A program made the translations under genes and the position numbers. A DNA stretch of 63,057 nt from a virus (Duplodnaviria; Heunggongvirae; Uroviricota; Caudoviricetes). Numbering within the stretch: position 1 is the stretch's first letter; each line of letters starts with the position of its first letter. The notes beneath the pieces are model-generated. The model had not been told where the DNA came from. It ran no database searches and worked only from the letters and a program-made list of their open reading frames with translations. The stretch spans positions 67,162-130,218 of the IMG/VR virus record IMGVR_UViG_3300014205_000184. One strand, given 5' to 3'. Shown piece by piece: positions 46,418-55,555 of the stretch.

Positions 46418-47864
46418 TAAATAATCTCCTTTTAATACTTACTTTAAGCATATCTTTTATATCATTCTTTACTTTTTCACCAAATTTATAACTCATTAAA
46501 TCTAAATATTTCTTATTTGAACAATATGTTTTAAAAGCATTATCCCTAAATTTTAGTACTTGCCATGATTCAAGATATTTAGTCGGTAGTGGTTTTGTAT
46601 CGTAAGAATATTGAGAGTATCCATTCCATGATTCTGGTAATAATTCTTGTTTGTCACTATAATTGTTATATAATTTAGAACCAGGATAAGCCATAGTACA
46701 GAAAAAGTTTGGAGATTCACAATTGAGTTCAACGGCTAACTCAAATGTATCTGTCATTGTCTCAATATTATCATCTGGAAGACCAAACATAAAATTACCA
46801 CTTATGTTTATACCATTATCTTTTATCATTTTTACAATAGATACAATATTTTTATTTATTACTTTATTAACTCCTCTAAGTGATGTTTTACTTGCGGATT
46901 CTATGCCTAACCCTAACCAATTAAACCCAGCTCTTTTCATTTTACTTAATAATTTTTCATTAATAGTATCTACTCTAGCATATGCAAAAATATTTAAATC
47001 GTAACGTCTATTTATTATAAAATCACATATTTTTTCAACTCTTGAAATATCAAAAATAAATAATTCATCATCAAATCTTATATGTTGTACATGATATTTA
47101 TTTACTAACTCATCTATCCAATCAAACACTATGTCTAGTGACCAATACCTTATGCCCGGCTTACCAAAGATAGAATTAATACAACAAAAATCACAGCTAT
47201 ATGGGCATCCTAGAGATGTATTTAATGTTACATATGGAGAGCGTGTTGTATAGCCATATGTGTGAAAATCATGAGCCCTATAATTACTAAAATCTGGGAG
47301 TAAATCAAACGCATAATTATCAAGCGTTATGTCTAAATGTTTAATAATTGGAGATGGTTTATTTAATAGTATTGTTTCATCTTTTATATACCATATACCA
47401 GATATATTCTTAATTTCTTTATCACTATTTAAATAATGTAAGATATCAACTACTTGATATGCACCTTCTCCTACTATGACATAATCTATAGCTTCATCTC
47501 TAAGTGTTCTCTCTGGTAACGCTGATGGGTGAGTTCCACCCATAGCTATTGGTATATTTTTATTGTAGTTCTTTATATCTCTAGCTATAGACGATGCGCT
47601 ATCCATAGTTTGAGTAGACGCAGATGGGTGATGACCATACACCATTATTACTACCAAGTTAGGTGAGTATTTATTTATTTCACGTGTTGCATCGAACCCA
47701 TCTACGTTTACATCATGTATCGCTACAGAAAAGTCATTCTTTCTTACATAATTTGCTAATAATGACGTCCATGTTGGCGGAGCTATAGCTGTATATTTAT
47801 TTGATAATTCCTGATATGTTTTTTTATGATTACCAGGATGAATAAATAAAACGTCAACGCTCAT
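46410..47864 (-). CDS. Cobalamin-binding radical SAM enzyme (class B methylase type)
   Basis: N-terminal B12-binding domain (AMGGTHPSALP, DYVIVGEG); SLGCPYSCDFC; FDDELF; GIESAS; FMFGLP. Confidence 0.9.
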   Translation of the reverse strand: MSVDVLFIHPGNHKKTYQELSNKYTAIAPPTWTSLLANYVRKNDFSVAIHDVNVDGFDATREINKYSPNLVVIMVYGHHPSASTQTMDSASSIARDIKNYNKNIPIAMGGTHPSALPERTLRDEAIDYVIVGEGAYQVVDILHYLNSDKEIKNISGIWYIKDETILLNKPSPIIKHLDITLDNYAFDLLPDFSNYRAHDFHTYGYTTRSPYVTLNTSLGCPYSCDFCCINSIFGKPGIRYWSLDIVFDWIDELVNKYHVQHIRFDDELFIFDISRVEKICDFIINRRYDLNIFAYARVDTINEKLLSKMKRAGFNWLGLGIESASKTSLRGVNKVINKNIVSIVKMIKDNGINISGNFMFGLPDDNIETMTDTFELAVELNCESPNFFCTMAYPGSKLYNNYSDKQELLPESWNGYSQYSYDTKPLPTKYLESWQVLKFRDNAFKTYCSNKKYLDLMSYKFGEKVKNDIKDMLKVSIKRRLFSD

Positions 47865-47866
47865 AA

Positions 47867-48466
47867 TTATATCCTTTTGAACATTATTAATTTATCAATC
47901 TGTTCTGTAACTTCAATTTTTTGCCAGTTACTATTATTTAACAATAGCTTATCTACTGCGCTCTTAACTTGCAACATATCATAATCATCAACAAGTAAAT
48001 AACCACCGACTTTAACCCATTTAGACATATTTGTTATATCGCTCGTCACGTATGGTTCGTCGTGATTCCCGTCAACGATACACAAGTCTAGTTCTATATC
48101 CCAATTAGGTGCTGTTTTTAATGAATCACCATCGTGTATCGTTACTCTATTCTCGGTATTTGTTGATTTTATAGCATGTACAAAACCCTCTCGAATATTA
48201 GCAAACCCGGGAGACGCCGGTCCGCCTAACCAATTATCCAGAGCATGAAAATGACAATTTGGTAATGCATGAAGAATTATGAGAGCATCTCCACCTTGAA
48301 AAATACCAATTTCAGCTACGCTATATTTTTCTTCGGGGTTAAAATGAGTACATAAAAGCTGAATGAGACGGTCTTTATCCGTATCCGATATCCAACCGCC
48401 AAATTTATATAAATCAATACGGTTATCTCCACTCTTCTTTAATTCTTCATTAAATCTTTGTGACAT
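47867..48466 (-). CDS. Class I methyltransferase (Methyltransf_24-like)
   Basis: AEIGIFQG; DLCIVDGNH; GGYLLVDDY. Confidence 0.85.
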   Translation of the reverse strand: MSQRFNEELKKSGDNRIDLYKFGGWISDTDKDRLIQLLCTHFNPEEKYSVAEIGIFQGGDALIILHALPNCHFHALDNWLGGPASPGFANIREGFVHAIKSTNTENRVTIHDGDSLKTAPNWDIELDLCIVDGNHDEPYVTSDITNMSKWVKVGGYLLVDDYDMLQVKSAVDKLLLNNSNWQKIEVTEQIDKLIMFKRI

Positions 48467-49079
48467 CTTTACCCCACTTTAATTGTTCTGTTTTTTGTAA
48501 TACGAAATAATATGAATTCTGCTCAACGTCACTACCTTCTTTTAATATTTTTCTAAACCCAGATTTATGAAAATAAAACTTCCATTGTGTTGGTGAGAAA
48601 GGGTGATGATGATAATCATTCGGGTAGTCAGTCCCGTCAATACTATATGGTATATGAACAACCATATATCCCATTGACTTAAGTACTCGATTGCACTCAT
48701 AAAGTACTATCAATGGTGACAATGAGTGTTCAAATGTTTGTCTTGAAACTATAGCATCAAATATATTATCGTCAAATGGTAAATCATGCATATCTGCTAC
48801 AATAGCCTTCAACCCGTGTTTTAGACATTCCTGTTGCTCACCGGTGCTATATGTTAAACCTATAGTTTCATGCCCAGATTCTTCTAAAAGATGCAACAAA
48901 TACCCATCTGCACAACCTATCTCAAGAACTTTATTAGCTTCTTGAGGAACTAATGATGCTACAAATGGGAAATTACCATGACCCCAAACTCTAAACCCTT
49001 CACCACCAAAACTATCCCATTTATCAATTTCTAAATATTTTTTCCATTTATTTAAAAACTCTTTTCTTATAATAAACAT
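48450..49079 (-). CDS. Class I methyltransferase (Methyltransf_11-like)
   Basis: VLEIGCADG; ADMHDLPFDDNIFDAI; FEHS; RVLKSMG. Confidence 0.9.
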   Translation of the reverse strand: MFIIRKEFLNKWKKYLEIDKWDSFGGEGFRVWGHGNFPFVASLVPQEANKVLEIGCADGYLLHLLEESGHETIGLTYSTGEQQECLKHGLKAIVADMHDLPFDDNIFDAIVSRQTFEHSLSPLIVLYECNRVLKSMGYMVVHIPYSIDGTDYPNDYHHHPFSPTQWKFYFHKSGFRKILKEGSDVEQNSYYFVLQKTEQLKWGKDVTKI

Positions 49080-49690
49080 TAATATCCTCTAGTATAATAC
49101 ATCGGCCAGAACGTGTGGTCTGTTCTCTGCGTAAAACCTGGAAATTTTACTATTTGTTCAACACACGCTTTCTCAACACCCGTTATCCAGTCATCTAAAA
49201 GTAGAATACACTTATCTTTGGCGTGTTGTAACCACAGCATATCTATTTTAACATCTTCATATGTGTGCGAACCATCTATATAAAGCATATCAAATTTTTC
49301 ACCATTCCATTTAGATAGTATTTCTTCACTTGAACCCGGAAGACATGTTATGTTATTTTCTAACCCTAATCTTTTAATGTTTGATAAAGTAGCATCTAAT
49401 GTACATGGCAATACGCATTCATACTTATTATATCTTTCTGGGCGTTGCTCATCTTTAACAAAACATGGGTCTACACAATATATTTTTACGTTTTTATCTT
49501 TTAATTTTAACCCAAACACACACGCTGACCCACCATAATGCGACCCTATCTCTACTATAACTGCATTATCAGGTAATTTTTCACAAATCTTAATTAACGG
49601 AGAAACATAATCATCTTTTCTACCAGCAGTACCTGGGATTTTACCTACTATCTCAAAAATTTCATCTAAATTCATTATTACTTCCCCCAA
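49079..49690 (-). CDS. Class I methyltransferase (Methyltransf_24-like)
   Basis: IVEIGSHYGGS; FDMLYIDGSHTYEDV; LLDDW. Confidence 0.88.
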   Translation of the reverse strand: MGEVIMNLDEIFEIVGKIPGTAGRKDDYVSPLIKICEKLPDNAVIVEIGSHYGGSACVFGLKLKDKNVKIYCVDPCFVKDEQRPERYNKYECVLPCTLDATLSNIKRLGLENNITCLPGSSEEILSKWNGEKFDMLYIDGSHTYEDVKIDMLWLQHAKDKCILLLDDWITGVEKACVEQIVKFPGFTQRTDHTFWPMYYTRGY

Positions 49691-50310
49691 TCTTCATATT
49701 TCCCATTATAATCATAGCAACATAACTGATGAATGCTTATTAATTTAGGAATTAAATTGTTATCTATATCTTGAAAACTATCTTCAATATTCTCTACTAC
49801 GCTATGATTTACACAATATAACCCACAATTAACCCATCGTTCTCTTGTAAATCCTAATACTTTATTATATTTTTTTACTATAACACCACGTTCTTTTTCT
49901 GTTTCTGCTATATTTTTTACAACCATAGTCATCATACTATCGTTTTGTAAATGTGATATGTAGAAATTCTGAAGATTAATATCTAGCAAATTAACGTCGT
50001 TATGCACAACAATAAATGGATTTGAAAGACTTGAACAAAATTTCTTAATAGCATACGCATTCCCATTTCTAATATCTTCAACTAATAGATTGTACCCTAA
50101 GTCTTTAAAATATTCAATTTCACTACTATGAATATTTATATTTATCTTAAAAACTCCCACATTATCCCCATGCATAAAAGGATACAGCACAGTGTTAACT
50201 GCAATATCATTGTTATATTGCATAAGTGCTTTTGGAGTATTTCCTATTTTACTCTTGACTCTGCTCCCGCACCCACCAGATAATAAGAGTACATCTATTT
50301 TTTTATCCAT
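49678..50310 (-). CDS. Sugar-phosphate nucleotidyltransferase (HddC/GMP-like)
   Basis: LLSGGCGSRV...PKAL; VHNDV; VNCGLY. Confidence 0.82.
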   Translation of the reverse strand: MDKKIDVLLLSGGCGSRVKSKIGNTPKALMQYNNDIAVNTVLYPFMHGDNVGVFKININIHSSEIEYFKDLGYNLLVEDIRNGNAYAIKKFCSSLSNPFIVVHNDVNLLDINLQNFYISHLQNDSMMTMVVKNIAETEKERGVIVKKYNKVLGFTRERWVNCGLYCVNHSVVENIEDSFQDIDNNLIPKLISIHQLCCYDYNGKYEDWGK

Positions 50311-50488
50311 TTTTTCTCGTGAAAAAGTTTTTAATCTTTGTAATAAATGATACTTTTTCTAAAAAATCCCCATCACACGGTTTAGTATCTGATAAAATAT
50401 TGCATAATTTTCTATCCGTACCAACAGTAACCCCTTTGTATAAAAATTCACATTTTTTATTGTTTGGTTTTTTACAATAATACGCCAT
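50303..50488 (-). CDS. Small Cys-containing hypothetical protein
   Basis: 61-aa ORF coupled to its neighbours. Confidence 0.5.
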   Translation of the reverse strand: MAYYCKKPNNKKCEFLYKGVTVGTDRKLCNILSDTKPCDGDFLEKVSFITKIKNFFTRKNG

Positions 50489-50489
50489 A

Positions 50490-51059
50490 CTAATTCCCCC
50501 CTATTACGTTAGCACTCATTAAATCTGCCATATGAAGCAAAACAGCTAAGGCATGCATTTTACCACCATCTTTAGTCCAACCACCATGATGATAACTTAC
50601 GGAATTTAATTGCTTATCAGATAATGATATTCCATGCTTGGCGCATACATTTACGACTCTTGCACTATCATGTGAATCAACTTTATTATAATTATACTCA
50701 AACTCATAGACATTTGCTTGCCAATTTTCAGAATCATATTTTTTATTATCTACATACTTAGTTAACTTTTCAAGGTCATGTATAAAACACACAAAAACAA
50801 CATCAGACTCTGTTATTAATTTCTTTCTAAATTCTTGTTCAAAAATCTTAAATATTTTTAAACCACACTCAATAACTTCTAACGTATGCTTCTCAAGACC
50901 ACCTTGATAATTATGATGAAACTTAATACTAGCAGGCCAGTGCTGAAAATCTTCCGCTATTTCTGAATATAACCCTAAAACTTTATCTTTAAGATTTTCA
51001 TTCAGATATTTTGTTAAATAATCTTTAACATTATTTGCCACAACCACCGCCTTTCCCAC
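50490..51059 (-). CDS. HD-domain phosphohydrolase (YhaM-like)
   Basis: PASIKFHHNYQGGLEKHTLEV; FIHDLEK; HHGG; HMAD. Confidence 0.85.
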   Translation of the reverse strand: MGKAVVVANNVKDYLTKYLNENLKDKVLGLYSEIAEDFQHWPASIKFHHNYQGGLEKHTLEVIECGLKIFKIFEQEFRKKLITESDVVFVCFIHDLEKLTKYVDNKKYDSENWQANVYEFEYNYNKVDSHDSARVVNVCAKHGISLSDKQLNSVSYHHGGWTKDGGKMHALAVLLHMADLMSANVIGGN

Positions 51060-51084
51060 CTTTTTTACCGCCTTTTTTAGCCAT
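51031..51084 (-). CDS. 17-aa Lys/Gly micro-peptide MAKKGGKKGGKGGGCGK
   Basis: GGGGG SD 8 nt before ATG; GC-rich codons in an AT-rich genome; overlaps its neighbours. Confidence 0.55.
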   Translation of the reverse strand: MAKKGGKKGGKGGGCGK

Positions 51085-51304
51085 TAGAATCACCCCCTGT
51101 ATATTTTATAACTGTTTTATCTAAAAATTCTGTTAAATTTTTAACAGCAGTGTCAACTGTAATATTTTGTTGCTGTAGTGCTTCTAAATATGATAATATT
51201 CCACAAAGTCTAACAACTTTGACTTTTTCAGCATCTGTTTGATGAATAAAAGCGGCGTATTTATCTAAAAGCTCTTTTATTCTTTCTTCTTGAGTTTTTT
51301 GCAT
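51077..51304 (-). CDS. Hypothetical protein
   Basis: 75-aa ORF with SD. Confidence 0.55.
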   Translation of the reverse strand: MQKTQEERIKELLDKYAAFIHQTDAEKVKVVRLCGILSYLEALQQQNITVDTAVKNLTEFLDKTVIKYTGGDSNG

Positions 51305-51567
51305 TTTCTCTCCTTTTTTTTAACTAAGATTTTTCTAAAACCTGGTAATATAAAAAAATTATCATTATACTCTACTGGATAATTCATACTATCATCAACA
51401 AATCCTATATCTCCTATATCAAAATCATCAACAGATACTGCTACGGGGGTATTTGACTTATCATTAAATATCTTATCGCTTTTAAATATATATCTTTTTG
51501 CCATTAATGTCAATGATTGTTTTTTATTAGTTTTCATTATTATCACTGCTCCCTTGAAATACTTCAA
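51277..51567 (-). CDS. Hypothetical protein (true start probably the internal MKTNKK)
   Basis: ORF overlapping the TerL stop codon. Confidence 0.45.
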   Translation of the reverse strand: MKYFKGAVIIMKTNKKQSLTLMAKRYIFKSDKIFNDKSNTPVAVSVDDFDIGDIGFVDDSMNYPVEYNDNFFILPGFRKILVKKKERKCKKLKKKE

Positions 51568-53230
51568 AACCTAATTCAACGGTTTCAGCATGAGCCATCT
51601 CATCAGGTTCGTCATCAACTTCTTCATTTTTCATAATAACATACTTCTCATAATACGCTGCCGCAAAACATCTAAAAGCCTCTGGAATATGTACCCAATC
51701 AGGTGTTATAATCTCAGTTCTACCGCTTTGTGAGCGTTTTTGTTTTTCAGCATTAAATTGTAGTAATAAATCCTCAGAAAAGTACATATAAAATTCTTGA
51801 TTTGAGAACATCTGTCTTAAAAGAGTCGTTGTTTTATCTTTAATTTTTTCTTTTATAGCAACTTCTTCACCTTTTTTTTCATCCATCTTCTTTCCAACTT
51901 CAAAGTATTTCTGAAATTCCACCCACACAACTCGCTTGTCATAGTGTTTATCTTTATACTCTTCACGTTTAGGGTTTTGTAAGCTACTCGCTACAGCTCT
52001 ACCATCAGCAGAAGAACAGTCTATTGGTATAATCATAGCATTAAAAAAATCAGCTATATAATCTATAATCTCAGTTTGATTGTCGGGTATCATTCTGTCA
52101 ATCAACTCTACGATATTATATAGATGCCACTTATGATTTATATGCATAAATGGTAATATAACTGTAGGTTCTGAATACCCAGCATCAATAGCTAATATAA
52201 CTTCCGTTACTCCTTTTGGTAATTTCATATTCTGCAAAAAAGCACTGGGTGAATTTACTAAATTATAATCTTTAGCTGATATCGTAAAGTACTCAATATG
52301 ATTCTTTAATATACCGCTTCCGGCTTTTATTTCTTCTTTATCAATACACGCCCGCATAGCTTGTTCTGGCCACACCGACCACGCTGGTTCCCCCCAAAGT
52401 GCCAAAACTTGTTGTAAATAGTCATTCGCTGATTCACTGCCGAATGTCTGAATTAAATTAATTTTATCTTCTTGATTAAAATATGGCTCCATTAATCTAG
52501 CTACATGAAATCTTTTATTGTGGAATTTTTTAGATTTATTATCTAATTCATAATATGGAGTATCTAATCTTCCATCTGCACATCCGAAATATTTATCAAA
52601 ACTACCTTTGGGGTCTCGTGTTGACTGAAACTTTATCCATGCTTCTTTTGGGTATGTCTGCATTTCATCAATATATCTACGCACAGGGTGAGTCGATTGT
52701 ATCGAAACTGCGAGAGGGTCATCTCCAACACTTATACCCTTTAAATCATGCCCATTACGCAAATGTATAGAATAAAAAGGCGTACGAGTTATTGAATCTT
52801 TAGTGGTCTTATCGCCTCTGCCCTTTAAGAATTTTCTAAAATATGGAACTCTAATAAGATAAGAAATAACTTTTTCAAATCTATCTTTAACATGCATTCT
52901 TCTGAATGTTGTTAATAGACTCTCTTCGTTATATATGAGTAATGCCTGTTGGAGCATTGTAAATTCTAAAACTATAGATTTACCGAATGAACGACCACCA
53001 ATAACAACACATTCTGGAACAATAGCATATTGATACTGATAATAACGTAGAAAAAATGGCTTTCTCCAGCATGTAGGCCCAAAAAAATTACAAAACTCCT
53101 TGGGGTGGTTCATCACCACGTAATAACATAATGCTTCACGAATTTCATCCGTTAATTTTTGCATATATTTTTTTAATTTTTTGTTTAAAATATTTTTTCC
53201 AATATTTTCTATTAAAGTTAGCTTTTGCAT
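51527..53230 (-). CDS. terL: Terminase large subunit (true start possibly 53164)
   Basis: Walker A IGGRSFGKS; Walker B-like RYIDEMQ; RNase H-like ILAIDAGYSEPTVI; position in the morphogenesis module. Confidence 0.85.
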   Translation of the reverse strand: MQKLTLIENIGKNILNKKLKKYMQKLTDEIREALCYYVVMNHPKEFCNFFGPTCWRKPFFLRYYQYQYAIVPECVVIGGRSFGKSIVLEFTMLQQALLIYNEESLLTTFRRMHVKDRFEKVISYLIRVPYFRKFLKGRGDKTTKDSITRTPFYSIHLRNGHDLKGISVGDDPLAVSIQSTHPVRRYIDEMQTYPKEAWIKFQSTRDPKGSFDKYFGCADGRLDTPYYELDNKSKKFHNKRFHVARLMEPYFNQEDKINLIQTFGSESANDYLQQVLALWGEPAWSVWPEQAMRACIDKEEIKAGSGILKNHIEYFTISAKDYNLVNSPSAFLQNMKLPKGVTEVILAIDAGYSEPTVILPFMHINHKWHLYNIVELIDRMIPDNQTEIIDYIADFFNAMIIPIDCSSADGRAVASSLQNPKREEYKDKHYDKRVVWVEFQKYFEVGKKMDEKKGEEVAIKEKIKDKTTTLLRQMFSNQEFYMYFSEDLLLQFNAEKQKRSQSGRTEIITPDWVHIPEAFRCFAAAYYEKYVIMKNEEVDDEPDEMAHAETVELGFEVFQGSSDNNEN

Positions 53231-53948
53231 TACAGAATTTACAAAGTGATATATGATTTTTTGGATTGTTATTTTTTTTATTATAGTCTATATGATGAAT
53301 ATCTAGTTTACGCCCATTCTGAATCGTTCCAAGACCACAACTGCGGCATCTATATTCATCTCGCTTCCTAATTAATTCTTTATTTCTATTATTAAAATCT
53401 TTGCCATATTTTAAATATGTTTTACTTAAATTACCCGTACCGCCAAGTATTCTACTCATTCTTTTTCTTTCTTTAATACTACTAAATCTTTTAACCCCTG
53501 CGTCACTTATTTTTTTTCTAATATACGGATTGCTTAAAACTTTTTTAACACTGATACTTATTTTTCTTTTTGATTCTAATGAGTGTTTTTTACCTTTCTG
53601 TACTAAACTCATTTTTTTTCTTGTTTTTGGGTTACTTAATGCTTTTTTTATCAGTAATCCATTTCTATCTCTCTCTAATTTATTGCTAAACCTTATTTTT
53701 TGAGCTAAACTAATTCTTTTTCTTATCTCGGGGTTATTTAGTGCTTTTTTTGTAGCTATGCTTATTTTTAATATTTCTTCAGGGTCTTTAAATCTTCTTA
53801 TCTGGGATAGACTAATCTTCTCTCTTTCGCTATGGTTTTTAAACCTTCTTATCTGAGTACAAGAAGTGCATCTTTTTTTATTATTTTTTTTAGCCCACTT
53901 AGATAACTCTTTATGACAACCAACGCAGTAATATTTATTAAAATTCAT
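53145..53948 (-). CDS. HNH homing endonuclease with NUMOD3-like repeats
   Basis: RKKISLSQ-type repeats; IRKRDEYRCRSC...LDIHHIDYNKKNN..KNHISLCKFC. Confidence 0.88.
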   Translation of the reverse strand: MNFNKYYCVGCHKELSKWAKKNNKKRCTSCTQIRRFKNHSEREKISLSQIRRFKDPEEILKISIATKKALNNPEIRKRISLAQKIRFSNKLERDRNGLLIKKALSNPKTRKKMSLVQKGKKHSLESKRKISISVKKVLSNPYIRKKISDAGVKRFSSIKERKRMSRILGGTGNLSKTYLKYGKDFNNRNKELIRKRDEYRCRSCGLGTIQNGRKLDIHHIDYNKKNNNPKNHISLCKFCNAKANFNRKYWKKYFKQKIKKIYAKING

Positions 53949-53964
53949 CTATTTTACCAAATTC

Positions 53965-54891
53965 TTATACTATCTTAGTATCATCAATTTTTACTAATTG
54001 AACACTAGATTCTAGTATCCCCATATCTTTGTCATGTTTTTCTTGTTCAAATGGAAGCATTAATTCTTTAAGTTTTTTTTCAGCATCTTCTCTATTAATC
54101 TCACTTAAACTATCATTTCTAAGCTTAGCTGTATTGTACAATCCTTCAATGCTTGTACGTAGCACAAAAGCCATATATTCTAATGGTATTAATTTATTAT
54201 CAAATAAATACTTTAACTCTTCAGACCACACATAAGCTATATTCTCTTTTCCAGTATCTTTAGATATAAAATCTTGAGTAAAGCACCAATATGCCTTATC
54301 AATAATATTTTTTATACCACTAGCATTTGGGTCAGCTTTTACATACTCACCGAAATGTGCTTTTAGAAATTTCTCGGCTTTTTCGCATGTTTCTTTATGT
54401 AAATCAACAACGTCTTTAAGCTCCATTGTTGTTTGTAACGTGGAATCAAGTGTTTTCTGTAAGGTTGTTATATGGTCAGCTATTTTTTGTATATCACCTA
54501 AAAACTTAGTATCCTCAGCTTTGGTTAATGTTGAATAATCGTTGATAGTCTCCATCTGTCTTTTATGCTGAAGTTGGTATATAATCTGCATCCTTCTTGA
54601 TAATGTCGTCCAAAAAAGATACTCATTAAGGGTAGGGGATTGTGGATATCCTTGCGCAATTAAAACATCGTGATTCTTTTTAAGATACTCTAATGATTTA
54701 AACTGGTCATATTCTTTTGAAAAAATATCTTCAAGATATTTTAAATCTGATATTTTACTACTATCAAACTTATAAGCCGCTGGAGTAGACTTCTTACTAA
54801 TATCTTTTAAATCTACTTTAAAATCTACAGACTCTCCGCTTAACGCATCGTGCATATCATCACTTATATCGTCGTTCAATTCATCGCTCAT
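53965..54891 (-). CDS. Helical protein, candidate terminase small subunit
   Basis: Upstream of TerL (separated only by an HNH gene); coiled-coil middle; positional inference only. Confidence 0.4.
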   Translation of the reverse strand: MSDELNDDISDDMHDALSGESVDFKVDLKDISKKSTPAAYKFDSSKISDLKYLEDIFSKEYDQFKSLEYLKKNHDVLIAQGYPQSPTLNEYLFWTTLSRRMQIIYQLQHKRQMETINDYSTLTKAEDTKFLGDIQKIADHITTLQKTLDSTLQTTMELKDVVDLHKETCEKAEKFLKAHFGEYVKADPNASGIKNIIDKAYWCFTQDFISKDTGKENIAYVWSEELKYLFDNKLIPLEYMAFVLRTSIEGLYNTAKLRNDSLSEINREDAEKKLKELMLPFEQEKHDKDMGILESSVQLVKIDDTKIV

Positions 54892-54894
54892 ATA

Positions 54895-55152
54895 CTAATC
54901 TTCCAAATCTTTCTTTTTATCATACGGTCCTTTTTTAGTACCTTTAATATAATGCCCTATCAATTCTTTTATCTCTCTATATGTCATTATTTTGAATTCT
55001 TTTAGCTTAGAATTTGCAGCCGCAAACGCTCGTGACTCGCTACCAGTTTTTCGATAGACGCTATTCCACACCGCAAGCCACATTCTTTGTCTCTTTTTAC
55101 TCTTTACTTTTTTTACATGCTCAGGTAAGTCATTAATTGTCGCATAAGGCAT
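54895..55152 (-). CDS. chaB: ChaB-like protein
   Basis: MPYATINDLPEHVK...WLAVWNSVY...SRAFAAANSKLK matches the ChaB pattern; SD before the ATG at 55152. Confidence 0.72.
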   Translation of the reverse strand: MPYATINDLPEHVKKVKSKKRQRMWLAVWNSVYRKTGSESRAFAAANSKLKEFKIMTYREIKELIGHYIKGTKKGPYDKKKDLED

Positions 55153-55316
55153 TATTCCCCTCCACAACAATTATAGTGTTTTTTACACACCTTTACCGTT
55201 TTCCCAAAAAATTTATCAAATATTTCTACTGGCATATCTTCTTTTTCGAGAACTTTTTTACATATAAAACACAACCCGCTCTCATCTAATCTTTTCATTA
55301 GTTCTTCTTTATACAT
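55152..55316 (-). CDS. 54-aa putative zinc-binding protein (below the ORF-track cutoff)
   Basis: MYKEELMKRLDESGLCFICKK...VKVCKKHYNCCGGE; its TAA overlaps the chaB ATG. Confidence 0.6.
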   Translation of the reverse strand: MYKEELMKRLDESGLCFICKKVLEKEDMPVEIFDKFFGKTVKVCKKHYNCCGGE

Positions 55317-55331
55317 TATTCACCTTTATTT

Positions 55332-55550
55332 TTAACCAAATACTTTTTTAAACATTAACTCTAAGGGGCTACCATCATTATTTTTTTCATATTTTTTACG
55401 GTATTTTTCCACACGCTTAGTAAATAAATCTTTATCTACAGCCTCTTCCCCACGAAAAACAAAATCATGCATCGCACCAAATGACATAGCACTTGAAGTT
55501 ACATATTGCCTATAATCAATAGTGTCTTGTTTCTTGGGTGGTTTCCACAC
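55332..55550 (-). CDS. Hypothetical protein
   Basis: 72-aa ORF in the operon. Confidence 0.5.
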   Translation of the reverse strand: MWKPPKKQDTIDYRQYVTSSAMSFGAMHDFVFRGEEAVDKDLFTKRVEKYRKKYEKNNDGSPLELMFKKVFG

Positions 55551-55555
55551 TATTA

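Noticed and set aside
23889-51059. Interpreting the sugar genes as a bacterial O-antigen or capsule locus (host DNA or chimera)
   Set aside because: They are coupled by overlapping start/stop codons to phage head genes and HNH genes; no Wzx/Wzy/ABC export or housekeeping genes are present
53164-53230. Duplicated MQKLT at the TerL N-terminus as a target-site duplication of the HNH insertion
   Set aside because: Nucleotide identity is short and in very A-rich sequence, and the first copy is just the HNH's CNAKANF read in another frame; probably chance
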